Positions 8,939 to 17,866 of a stretch of 34,272 nt of DNA are shown here, in pieces. The translations under genes and the position numbers were made by a program. Source of the stretch: Blastocatellia bacterium (lineage in GTDB: Bacteria > Acidobacteriota > Blastocatellia > Chloracidobacteriales > JADJPF01); assembly GCA_039812885.1 (NCBI GenBank), contig JBDIBI010000015.1, positions 126,878 to 161,149 on the forward strand, read 5' to 3'. Under the pieces are notes generated by a model that was given only the letters and a program-made list of their open reading frames with translations, made no database searches and was not told the DNA's origin. The stretch's first letter is position 1; every line of letters starts with the position of its first letter.

Positions 8939-9505
8939 ATGGAAAGACGCATTTTTATCAACAAACTAATAAAAACTGTGGGTTTAGCAGCAACAACTGT
9001 TATAGCTAACCCTTTGCCAATTTGGGCACAAGAACGTGTTTTTTTAACAACAGAAAAAGCCTTAAAACTAGTTTTTCCTAAATCTGAAAAAGTGCTTACA
9101 GAATCAAAAGTCTTAAGCGATGAGCAAATTAAAAAAATATCTAATTTGCTTAGAATACCTATCCCAAAACAGCAAATCTTTTTCAGAGGAGAAACAGCAG
9201 GTGCTACAGATGGTTATGCAATGATTATAAATGAAATTGGTAAAGATCAGTACATAACCTTTATTGTTGGGATAACTCCTCAATTTAAAGTTTCCAAAGT
9301 TTCATTAATGGTATTTAGAGAAACTCGTGGTTGGGAAGTTCAAGATGCTCGTTTTTCCAATCAGTTTAATGGCAAAACGAGCAAAGACCGTTTACTTGTA
9401 GGTTCAGATATTGTTGGCATCACTGGTGCGACGCTCTCAGCACAAGCTTTCTGCCGAGGGACAAAAAAAGCGATTGCTCTATGTGAAATAGTTTATGGAG
9501 CATGA
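8939..9505 (+). CDS. FMN-binding domain protein (NqrC/RnfG-like) with a Tat-type signal peptide; predicted ApbE flavinylation substrate
   Basis: The N-terminus MERRIFINKLIKTVGLAATTVIANPLPIWAQE has an RRxF[IL]xK twin-arginine motif plus an h-region and AxA-like site. A C-terminal TGATLS motif corresponds to the [S/T]GAT[S/T] FMN attachment site. The gene lies 5 nt after the stop of the upstream gene. Confidence 0.65.
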   Translation: MERRIFINKLIKTVGLAATTVIANPLPIWAQERVFLTTEKALKLVFPKSEKVLTESKVLSDEQIKKISNLLRIPIPKQQIFFRGETAGATDGYAMIINEIGKDQYITFIVGITPQFKVSKVSLMVFRETRGWEVQDARFSNQFNGKTSKDRLLVGSDIVGITGATLSAQAFCRGTKKAIALCEIVYGA

Positions 9506-10448
9506 AGTTTGTCAAGTCCAGTATATAATGGGGACTACCGTAGAAATAATTATTTATGTTGATTCTTGTTCTGACTCACAACCAATCTTAAGCGCTGCTT
9601 TTGCCGAGTTTGAGCGTCTAGAACAAAAATTTAGCTACTTCAATCCAGAAAGTGAGCTTTCCCTAGTAAACACACAAGCAGCTAAAAAGGCTGTTTGTGT
9701 GTCTCCAGAATTCTTCCATATAGTCGAAAAAGCCTTAAACTACTCTCTAGCTTCAAAAAATAGCTTCTCAATAATGCTTGCTCCTTTAACACAACTTTGG
9801 CAAAAAGCTTTTTTAGAAAATAAAATGCCTAAGAAAAAAGATATTGCTGAATTGCAACAACTTAATAACTCTAACTTAATAGAATTAGATAGTGATAACT
9901 ATACTATTTTTTTCCACCACCCTAAACTAAGCTTAGATTTAGGAGGATTTATAAAGGGTTATGCAGCAGATTGCGCAAAAGCAACTCTTTATCAACACGG
10001 AATACTTAATGGACTAATTAATGCTGGTACTAGTACTATTACTGCCTGGGGGACTTCTTTATATAGAGAAAGTTGGCCTTTTGGAATTAAACATTTACAA
10101 GAAAATAGTGTGGTAGCTGTAGTTAACCTAACAAATCAAGCAATATCTACTTCAGGGACTAATGAGAAAAACTTCCAACTTCAAAATAAATTTTTTTCCC
10201 ATTTAATAAACCCTTCTACAGGCTACCCTGTTGATCTTTTAACTAGTGCTACAGTTATTTGTAAATCAGCACTAGAAGCAGAAGTTATTTCCAAAATGCC
10301 TCTAATGTTAGGACTAGAAGAAACTGTAATTTCTTGTGAAAACAATGGGTTACTCCTAGATGGTGTACTTTTACAAGAATTAGACGAAGAAAAAAATATC
10401 CATTTATCTTATTATCAGTTATCAGACTCAATAAGTATAATATCTTAA
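9495..10448 (+). CDS. apbE: FAD:protein FMN transferase (ApbE family)
   Basis: ApbE motifs are MGTTVEI near the N-terminus, DLGGFIKGYAAD and INAGTSTI. There is no signal peptide. It overlaps the upstream FMN-binding gene by 11 nt (ATGGAGCATGA). The alternative start at M12 is 9528. Confidence 0.75.
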   Translation: MEHEVCQVQYIMGTTVEIIIYVDSCSDSQPILSAAFAEFERLEQKFSYFNPESELSLVNTQAAKKAVCVSPEFFHIVEKALNYSLASKNSFSIMLAPLTQLWQKAFLENKMPKKKDIAELQQLNNSNLIELDSDNYTIFFHHPKLSLDLGGFIKGYAADCAKATLYQHGILNGLINAGTSTITAWGTSLYRESWPFGIKHLQENSVVAVVNLTNQAISTSGTNEKNFQLQNKFFSHLINPSTGYPVDLLTSATVICKSALEAEVISKMPLMLGLEETVISCENNGLLLDGVLLQELDEEKNIHLSYYQLSDSISIIS

Positions 10449-10469
10449 CTAGTATCTGGAAGGTAAATT

Positions 10470-11042
10470 ATGACTCCATTTCCTCTTTCTCGAAGTGATT
10501 GGAATACAAAAATTTTAATAACTATTTTTCTTTTGGTGATGTTAGTCTCTTTTACTGTGGCAGAGCTAAATGTTTATGATAAGGTTGGACGTATTAAAAA
10601 CGGAGTAGTGCTTAGATATGGCCCAAGCCCAGAATTAACAATTGATCCTAATAACCCAAATCCAGAACCTAATATACTTTCAACAGAACCTAGTTTAACT
10701 CCTCCTGTAGAAGGTGAAATAGTAGCCCGTATGAATACCTTCAGTATTTTACTGGATATAACTCACCCACATGTTTTTGAGATTCCTTTAGTTTTATTTG
10801 TGCTAGCCCATTTTTTGATGAGAACTAGAGTTTCAGAACGGCTCAAACTTGTAACTTATTTAGTTAGTTTTGGTGGATGTGTAGCATTTCTAGGAACTCC
10901 TTGGCTTGTGCGGTATATATCAACTAAATTTGCAAACTTGCTTTATTTAGGAGCATTTAGTATGGGTATAACTGTAGTATTAATGGTAATAATTCCTATA
11001 TTTGATATGTGGCTACCAGTAAAAAAAGCTGCCAAGTCTTAG
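10470..11042 (+). CDS. Small integral membrane protein (4 predicted TM helices, HPH...AH motif), last gene of the flavin/haem cluster
   Basis: The 190-aa ORF has hydrophobic segments ILITIFLLVMLVSFTV, IPLVLFVLAHFLM, LVTYLVSFGGCVAFLG and LGAFSMGITVVLMVIIPIF. A Pro/Asn-rich loop follows TM1. GGAAGG RBS is present. I recognise no family. Confidence 0.5.
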   Translation: MTPFPLSRSDWNTKILITIFLLVMLVSFTVAELNVYDKVGRIKNGVVLRYGPSPELTIDPNNPNPEPNILSTEPSLTPPVEGEIVARMNTFSILLDITHPHVFEIPLVLFVLAHFLMRTRVSERLKLVTYLVSFGGCVAFLGTPWLVRYISTKFANLLYLGAFSMGITVVLMVIIPIFDMWLPVKKAAKS

Positions 11043-11170
11043 TTATTTAGCAACTTTTTGCTTAACCACACTAGTTTTAATACACTTATCCATCAATAGC
11101 TTACAAAGCAAATTTAATATATATTGAAATAGTGTTAGAATTGCTATCATTTTTCTTAAAGGTATAAAAC

Positions 11171-12001
11171 ATGGACACCTTACACCAAAAACTTATAGAA
11201 CAAATATTTGAAAAAAAACAACTTTTCCTTATTGCAGGTCCTTGCGTAATTGAAGATGAACATCATGCTGTAAAAATGGCTAGAGAAATCCAAAAAATCA
11301 CTAGTAATCTTGGAATTTGTTATGTTTATAAAGCTTCCTATGATAAAGCTAACCGCACTTCTATTAGCTCTTTTCGTGGCCCAGGTTTAGCAGAAGGCTT
11401 AAGAATACTTAAACTAATCCGTAATGAATTTAATGTCCCAATACTTACTGATGTTCATAGCATAGAACAAGTTCATCCAGTAGCAGAAGTTGTTGATATT
11501 ATTCAAATACCAGCTTTTTTATGTCGTCAAACAGATTTACTAGTAGCAGCAGCTCAATCAGGTAAAATTGTTAATGTTAAAAAAGGCCAATTTTTAGCAC
11601 CTTGGGATATGCGTAATGTTGAAGAAAAATTAAAGGCTGCTGGTTGTAAGCATTCAATCTTAACTGAACGAGGTGCAAGTTTTGGTTATAATAATTTGGT
11701 AGTGGATATGCGTAGTTTTCCTATTATGCGTAACTTTGCCCAAGCAGTAGTTTTTGATATTACTCATTCTTTGCAACGTCCTGGTGGTTTAGGTAATGCA
11801 ACTGGTGGAGATTCTCAATATATAGAACATTTAGCACGTGCTGGAGTTGGTTGTGGAGTAGATGGTTTATTTATGGAAGTGCATGATAATCCAGCAGTTG
11901 CCTTAAGTGATGGGCCTAACGCATTACCTCTAGATAGATTAGAACCTTTGTTAAATACGCTCAAAAAGATTGACGAATTGGTTAGAAACCAAACAATATA
12001 A
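11171..12001 (+). CDS. kdsA: 2-dehydro-3-deoxyphosphooctonate aldolase (KDO-8-phosphate synthase)
   Basis: The 276-aa ORF has the characteristic KdsA blocks LFLIAGPCVIE, KASYDKANRTS, GPGLAEGL, PILTDVH, IQIPAFLCRQTDL, VNVKKGQF and DITHSLQ. Confidence 0.85.
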   Translation: MDTLHQKLIEQIFEKKQLFLIAGPCVIEDEHHAVKMAREIQKITSNLGICYVYKASYDKANRTSISSFRGPGLAEGLRILKLIRNEFNVPILTDVHSIEQVHPVAEVVDIIQIPAFLCRQTDLLVAAAQSGKIVNVKKGQFLAPWDMRNVEEKLKAAGCKHSILTERGASFGYNNLVVDMRSFPIMRNFAQAVVFDITHSLQRPGGLGNATGGDSQYIEHLARAGVGCGVDGLFMEVHDNPAVALSDGPNALPLDRLEPLLNTLKKIDELVRNQTI

Positions 12002-12029
12002 TATTTAACTATTATAGAGGTATAAATAA

Positions 12030-14321
12030 ATGCTACGACGTATATTACCTTGGTGTGTATTACTATTATTCTTTCTGATTCCTTCAAACACAAAAGCACA
12101 AGAATTTGAAATTCAGCGTTTTGACGTTAATGTTCAGCTACAACCTTCTAGTAACTCAGCACAAATTCAAGCAAAATTAGGAGTTATTAATATCACAACT
12201 CAAGGACGAAGTGGTCCTTTTATAAACCTCAAACTTAACAAAAGAGCCAAAATTACAGGTATTCAAGTTGATGGAACAACTGTAGAAATAAAACAAAAAA
12301 ATGATGAACGTCTAACAGAGCTAATCAATGTTTCAATAGATTTCCCTAAACCAGTTGCTCCAAATGCAACTGCTACTATTAATCTAAATTATGCCTTAGA
12401 GATTAAAGAAAGCTCTTCTATTAATGCAATAGTTCCAGGTACTACGGTTTTACTTCCAGAAAGTTTTTGGGTGCCTTTTATACACACTCCTTTTTTAATT
12501 ACTTATGGAGTTGATGTTGCTCCTACAAATATACAAATAAATGCTGTAGAAGGAGAACGCCCACAATCGGATGGTTCAAGACGTTCATCTGGCAATGTTA
12601 TAAATTTTGAACAAACACTTGCAGCTCAGCCAATACTTTTGTCAGGCAATTATGATGATCCTGTAGAAATCAAAGGTCGCAACACTACTACAGAATTTGT
12701 CTATGCTCGTGGGTTATCTAATGCTCGTAAACAAGCAGAAGCTATTTCATCGGAAATAGATAAAATAGTTGACTTTTACAATCAATTGTTAGGTACTAGC
12801 TTGCCTAAAAACTTCAGGATAATTAGTTCTGCACAAGTAGCCTCTTATGTTACTGGAACAACAATTATTCTAGGAGAAGATATCTTTAGACGAGATACTT
12901 TAGATATAGAAACGATAGAGTTTTTATCACGTGCTTTACTGAGAAATAAAATAGCTGGAGAAAACATTTCACGCGGTAAAGGTTGGGCAATTTTACAAGA
13001 TGCTCTACCTGTTTATTTAGCAGGTCTTTATTTTGAAAAAAGCTATGGTGCTGTAGGTGGACAAGAGTTTTTTGCTCGTCGTATTCGTGCATATGCTCCT
13101 GTAGCTGCAACTAAAAATGATGGTGCATTGTTAGGCATTTCCCAACTAGACAATACCTATGCATCTAGTATGTTAAATAAAGCTCCATTACTTTTTAAGA
13201 TTATAGAAGGTCAAATTGGTCGTGAAAAAATGTTGAGCATACTCAAAGATTTACTTAATAGTAAAAATCATGTGCTCCGTTTTGAAGATTTCCGCAAAAG
13301 TATCACAACCAATAAGTCTTTAGAACTATTTTTTGATCAATGGTTTGAAAAAATCATTGATCCAGATTTTGTAATTGGAATTCCTGTTGCAACTGAAGGT
13401 GGCTGGTCTTGTGCTTTACGTAACTTAGGCACAGGTAATGTTGAAGTAAAAGTACTAGCTATTACTGAAAAAGGTGAAAAACTCTATCAAATGGTTAGTC
13501 TACCTTCTCAAGGAAGGGCCGAAGCCTTATTTAAAACTCCAGAAAAGCTTAAATATGTAGAAGTAGATCCAGATAAATTTTTTCCTCAAACCAACTATGA
13601 TAATGATTCCCGTCCTGCCAAAACATCTACTTTTACTTTGTTCAAGGATGCCAATGTTTTATTTAATAAACGTTCCTATGAAGAAGCAGAGGCCAAAATA
13701 AAAGAAGCCCTAGAACAAGAACCTAACAATATCGTTACTAGAACTTTGCTTGCTCGTACGTTTTTAGCTGAATCTAAATTTAGTGAAGCAAAAACAGAAA
13801 CAGATACTATATTAAAATCTGCTCCATTACCTACTTATTCTATTACTTGGGTAAACTATGTGTTAGGTGCATTAGCATTAAATCAAAAAAATACAAAAGA
13901 AGCTATAGACTATCTACGCCGTGCTATAGCTGTTAGTAAAGATAATATTTTTATTAGAAATAAGCTTATAGAAATTGAAAAAGCTTCAAATCAATTACCA
14001 GCAACAGAAGAATCTGTTAGAAACTTTATTACTCAATTAGATAAAGGGATTAAAGAAGCAACTTTTCAAGCCTTAGAACCTGTCATAGTACGTGCTAATT
14101 TAAATAAGTTTGCAAAAGGTTTAGTAGGAAATAAACCTGAAAGTTGGTCAACAGAAGTTTTGCGCACAGAAGTAATTTCCTCTGATAAAGTCGCAGTTGA
14201 TGTAATTGTAACAGCTGTAGATATTAATAAACGAGAACAAAGCGGAGAAGCACTTTATATCTTGCGACGCAGTGGATCAAGTTGGGTTTTAAATAATGTA
14301 GAATTCTTTAACATTCAATAA
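12030..14321 (+). CDS. Secreted peptidase-M1 (aminopeptidase N)-like protein lacking the HExxH zinc site, with C-terminal TPR repeats and an NTF2-like tail
   Basis: There is a signal peptide. The segment FLSRALLRNKIAGEN...GWAILQDALPVYLAGLY aligns in pattern with the M1 block HELAHQWFGN...WLNEGFASY, but His/Glu/His are replaced by R/A/R. No HExxH occurs anywhere in the 763 aa. TPR-like helices fall at about aa 540-650. Confidence 0.5.
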   Translation: MLRRILPWCVLLLFFLIPSNTKAQEFEIQRFDVNVQLQPSSNSAQIQAKLGVINITTQGRSGPFINLKLNKRAKITGIQVDGTTVEIKQKNDERLTELINVSIDFPKPVAPNATATINLNYALEIKESSSINAIVPGTTVLLPESFWVPFIHTPFLITYGVDVAPTNIQINAVEGERPQSDGSRRSSGNVINFEQTLAAQPILLSGNYDDPVEIKGRNTTTEFVYARGLSNARKQAEAISSEIDKIVDFYNQLLGTSLPKNFRIISSAQVASYVTGTTIILGEDIFRRDTLDIETIEFLSRALLRNKIAGENISRGKGWAILQDALPVYLAGLYFEKSYGAVGGQEFFARRIRAYAPVAATKNDGALLGISQLDNTYASSMLNKAPLLFKIIEGQIGREKMLSILKDLLNSKNHVLRFEDFRKSITTNKSLELFFDQWFEKIIDPDFVIGIPVATEGGWSCALRNLGTGNVEVKVLAITEKGEKLYQMVSLPSQGRAEALFKTPEKLKYVEVDPDKFFPQTNYDNDSRPAKTSTFTLFKDANVLFNKRSYEEAEAKIKEALEQEPNNIVTRTLLARTFLAESKFSEAKTETDTILKSAPLPTYSITWVNYVLGALALNQKNTKEAIDYLRRAIAVSKDNIFIRNKLIEIEKASNQLPATEESVRNFITQLDKGIKEATFQALEPVIVRANLNKFAKGLVGNKPESWSTEVLRTEVISSDKVAVDVIVTAVDINKREQSGEALYILRRSGSSWVLNNVEFFNIQ

Positions 14322-14333
14322 AAGAGGCTTTTA

Positions 14334-15128
14334 ATGAAAAAATTATTTTTAATGTTACTCTGTTTTTCTTTAGTATTGTTTCAAGTTTTAGTATTTGCTC
14401 AAGATAAAATTACTGTAGATCAAATACTAAATAACTATATAAAAGCAATTGGAGGAAAAGAAGCATTAGAAAAAATTATATCTCGTACAGCAACTGGAAC
14501 TTATGAAATCTCCCCTGCTGGAATTAAAGCAGATCTGGAATTATATGCTAAATCACCTAACAGTTTATTACTTAAAGTTAAAGTTTCTAAATCTCAAATA
14601 ATTCAAAGGGCATTTAATGGCAAAGATGGTTGGGCACAAGAGCTTCAAGGAGATATTCGTACAATTGAAGGTACTGAGCTAGAGTTATTAAAATCAAAAG
14701 CTGATTTTTACAAAGCGTTACACCTTAAAGATCTTTACCCACAACTAAAATTTCTAGAAAAAAAACAAATTGAAATCACAGGAAAAGCAAAAACAGAAAA
14801 AAAACAAGTGTATGTTTTAGAATCCAAAAAAGAAAACTCTCCAACAGAGAGATTTTACTTTGATGTTGAAAGTTCTTTATTACTAAGAAATGATATAGAT
14901 ACAGAAATTCCTAAAGCAGTTAAAAAAGAAGGTAGCCCTTTATTTGAATCACAAAAAGCAGTAGTTCCAATAGAAGTTTACTTTGAAGACTATAAAGAAA
15001 TAGATGGAGTAAAAATACCACTAATCACTCGTCAATCAATCGATGAAAACAATATAATTATTAGATTAAACAAAGTAGAGCATAACAAACCTATAGCTGA
15101 TTCTTTGTTTAATCAACCAGAAAAATAA
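14334..15128 (+). CDS. Secreted hypothetical protein (possible LolA-like beta-sandwich)
   Basis: The 264-aa ORF has an AAGAGG RBS and the signal peptide MKKLFLMLLCFSLVLFQVLVFAQ. It is a Lys-rich beta-rich protein. The LolA-like fold assignment is only a guess from pattern. Confidence 0.5.
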   Translation: MKKLFLMLLCFSLVLFQVLVFAQDKITVDQILNNYIKAIGGKEALEKIISRTATGTYEISPAGIKADLELYAKSPNSLLLKVKVSKSQIIQRAFNGKDGWAQELQGDIRTIEGTELELLKSKADFYKALHLKDLYPQLKFLEKKQIEITGKAKTEKKQVYVLESKKENSPTERFYFDVESSLLLRNDIDTEIPKAVKKEGSPLFESQKAVVPIEVYFEDYKEIDGVKIPLITRQSIDENNIIIRLNKVEHNKPIADSLFNQPEK

Positions 15129-15221
15129 TTAAATTTAATTAATACCTCTATTTATTGTAGGTAGGTGAAGAAGATTGTTGGTATGTATAAATTTTAAGTC
15201 AAGTGTTAGAAGAATATACTT

Positions 15222-17690
15222 TTAGTTTTTAGCAACACGAAATCCTATGAAATCACTGGATTTTGCGCTTCCAAAACGAAAAGGAGCTACTATATCGTTA
15301 GCACTTGATTTAAAATTTCCTCCACGTACTGTATAACAACCATTACAATCTATTTTCGCTTTTGTTCCGGCATAAGGTCGATAACTATCGGCAGTCCATT
15401 CACTGACGTTTCCTGACAATCCAATAATACCAAAAGGGCTTTTATCACTAGCCAAAGTAGAGCTATTTATAGGAGCTGTAACCCCTAAACTAGTGTCAGA
15501 ATAAACTGTGTTACCTTTTTCCAAATCATTTCCCCAAGGATAAAGTCGATTTTCTGTTCCACTTGCAGCATATTCCCACTCTTCCTCTGTAGGAAGTCTA
15601 TAACTTTCTTTCTTTACTTTAGATAACCATTGACAATAATACTGGGCATCTTCCCAGGTAACATTAACTACAGGTAAGTCCTCTGCTCCATTTGGAAAAT
15701 CTGTCCCTACCCAACCTAAAGGAGACCTATAATTTGTCTTACGTACAAATTCCTGGTATTGTTTATTAGTAATTTCATAACGGCTTAAAAAGAAAGTTTT
15801 TACCATTACTTGATGAGATGGAGTTTGCTCTAAAGGAACATCTTTGCTTACATCACGCCCCATAACAAAAGAACCTCCAGGAATCTTAACCATTTCTGGA
15901 GTAACTATAATGTCAGCCGTTTTTTGTGTGTTGTTAAATAGCTGTAAAATAAATAAAACTAAGAAAAATAATAAGCCTCCAATAAGAGCTGAAAGAAAAA
16001 ATAAAACTAAATTAGATTCTAATAATTTACTCTTTTTCTTAGGAGAAGATACATTAGTATTAGGAGGAGTCTCAACTAAAGGCTGACGACTTGGCTCTGA
16101 ATATTCATTTACTGTATTATTTACTACATTATTTACTACATTATTTACTGATTTTGGATAGTTTAAGGGTTTGGTTTCTAACCCTGTTGGACCAGAAGGA
16201 GGTATAGGTCTGAGTGGAGATGGCTCTGGTTGGCTATACTTAGATTCATTTCCAGAAACACTAGGGATGTTTGGCGGATTTTGTGGTGAATAAGGCATAT
16301 TAGCCTTAGGAACACGTGAGCGAACATCTAATTCATCTGGAGAAGAATATTTTAAGGGTGTTTGATTATCAAAAGATTCGCTAGAAAAATTATTAGCATT
16401 ATTATTAGCAGGTCTTCTAGGTAAACTACTGACCATTTCTCTAAAATTAACAGCTTGTTCAAAATCTTTTGCTAGTTCCAATGCACTTTGTTGACGATTA
16501 GAAGGTTTCTTTTCAAGTGCCTTCATTACCACATCATCTATACTTACAGGAATTTCTGGACAAAGACTACGCATTGAATTTGGTTTACTTCCAATATGTT
16601 TCAGAGCCATTCCTACTGGAGTTGGATCATTAAAAGGCAAACTTCCAGTTAATGATTCATATAAAATAACTCCCAAAGCATAAATATCTGAACGGTGATC
16701 AATATCTGCACCTTCACAAAGTTCTGGTGAAACATAATTATGTGTACCTAATACTAAACCATGGGAAGTTAGTACACCTTCTGTCCCCAAAGATTTGAGT
16801 TTAGCCATTCCAAAATCTAGTACTTTTACTAATTCTTCTCCACCACTTTCATAGATCATTATATTTTCTGGTTTTAAGTCACGATGCACAATTTGATCAC
16901 GGTGTGCAGCTTCTAAAGCAGAACATATAGGGCGAACAATTTTTAGCATTTCTTTGGGAAGCAGCCTATGCTGATGTTGGAGCCTTTCACGGAAAGTTTC
17001 TCCATTTAAGTATTCCATAGCAAGATAGACTACTTCATCACGAGTAATACCAAAATCTAAAACGTTAATTGCATTAGGATGATGTATTTTTGCTGCAGCA
17101 TGTGCACCACGACGAAATCTTTCTACAGCAGATTGATCATTAACTAAGTAAGGATGCATTATCTTTATTGCCACTGGCACATCCATTTGAATGTGTGTAG
17201 CCTTATACATAACACCTAATTCACCTTCCTTAATTTTGCTGATTATCCTATATTTATCATTAATAATTTTCCCGATATAATCTTTAATTTGCTTTCCAGC
17301 AACAGGAATACCTATAGTTTGCCTAGCTAAAAATGCTTGAGGATCAAAATTAGCGTAGCTGTGATGAGGAGATTTACCTGCATTTTCCTCATCTAAAAGG
17401 CGCATGGCATCCATTAAAACTTCAGCCCAAGATTTAAAAATAGTTCGCTCTGAAGTAGTTACAGAAGCATCTATGCGAAATGAACCTTGTTCATACTTTA
17501 AGGCTTCATATATAGCTTTTACCCCAGAATATTGTCCAAGACGTGCATCATATATTTCTCCATCTTGAAAATAAAAAACACCATCTCCAACAGGGAAACG
17601 TACTAGTAATCGTGCAACATTACGCCCTAAACAATTAATCTGAATAATGTCAGGTAAGGGTAGTTCTTTTATATCTCCAACTAATGCCAT
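15222..17690 (-). CDS. Multidomain Ser/Thr kinase: N-terminal DUF4388, Hanks kinase domain, Pro/Ser/Asn-rich linker, one TM helix and a C-terminal extracytoplasmic FGE-sulfatase (formylglycine-generating-enzyme-like) domain
   Basis: DUF4388 is MALVGDIKELPLPDIIQINCLGRNVARLLV. The kinase shows VAIKIM, HRDLKPENIMI, DFGMAKL and NYVSPE. The TM helix is LVLFFLSALIGGLLFFLVLFIL. The FGE block is IPGGSFVMGRD...RGGNF...GFRV. Confidence 0.85.
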   Translation of the reverse strand: MALVGDIKELPLPDIIQINCLGRNVARLLVRFPVGDGVFYFQDGEIYDARLGQYSGVKAIYEALKYEQGSFRIDASVTTSERTIFKSWAEVLMDAMRLLDEENAGKSPHHSYANFDPQAFLARQTIGIPVAGKQIKDYIGKIINDKYRIISKIKEGELGVMYKATHIQMDVPVAIKIMHPYLVNDQSAVERFRRGAHAAAKIHHPNAINVLDFGITRDEVVYLAMEYLNGETFRERLQHQHRLLPKEMLKIVRPICSALEAAHRDQIVHRDLKPENIMIYESGGEELVKVLDFGMAKLKSLGTEGVLTSHGLVLGTHNYVSPELCEGADIDHRSDIYALGVILYESLTGSLPFNDPTPVGMALKHIGSKPNSMRSLCPEIPVSIDDVVMKALEKKPSNRQQSALELAKDFEQAVNFREMVSSLPRRPANNNANNFSSESFDNQTPLKYSSPDELDVRSRVPKANMPYSPQNPPNIPSVSGNESKYSQPEPSPLRPIPPSGPTGLETKPLNYPKSVNNVVNNVVNNTVNEYSEPSRQPLVETPPNTNVSSPKKKSKLLESNLVLFFLSALIGGLLFFLVLFILQLFNNTQKTADIIVTPEMVKIPGGSFVMGRDVSKDVPLEQTPSHQVMVKTFFLSRYEITNKQYQEFVRKTNYRSPLGWVGTDFPNGAEDLPVVNVTWEDAQYYCQWLSKVKKESYRLPTEEEWEYAASGTENRLYPWGNDLEKGNTVYSDTSLGVTAPINSSTLASDKSPFGIIGLSGNVSEWTADSYRPYAGTKAKIDCNGCYTVRGGNFKSSANDIVAPFRFGSAKSSDFIGFRVAKN
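16106..16152. repeat. 15-bp in-frame tandem repeat (about 3 copies) inside the kinase linker
   Basis: The plus strand reads ...catttactgtattatttactacattatttactacattatttactg... It encodes VNNVVNNVVNNTVN on the minus strand. Confidence 0.6.
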
Positions 17691-17821
17691 AAGTGTCTCG
17701 ACAAAAGCGTTTGCTTCAAATACTGGTATGAATATTTAGCATTTAACCACAAAATTCTTATTAGCAAAGTAACAAAAATACTACTTAGTGTCAATCTAGC
17801 AACTTTCTAAATTTATAAAGA

Positions 17822-17866
17822 AAATAACAGCAGAAAGAACTAGTGTAATATACTAGTTCTTTCTGC
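17822..17866 (-). terminator. Rho-independent terminator of the TPR-CHAT gene
   Basis: A perfect 15-bp inverted repeat GCAGAAAGAACTAGT/ACTAGTTCTTTCTGC with a 7-nt loop overlaps the stop codon. On the minus-strand transcript it is followed by UGUUAUUUUCUUUAUAAAUUU. Confidence 0.7.
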
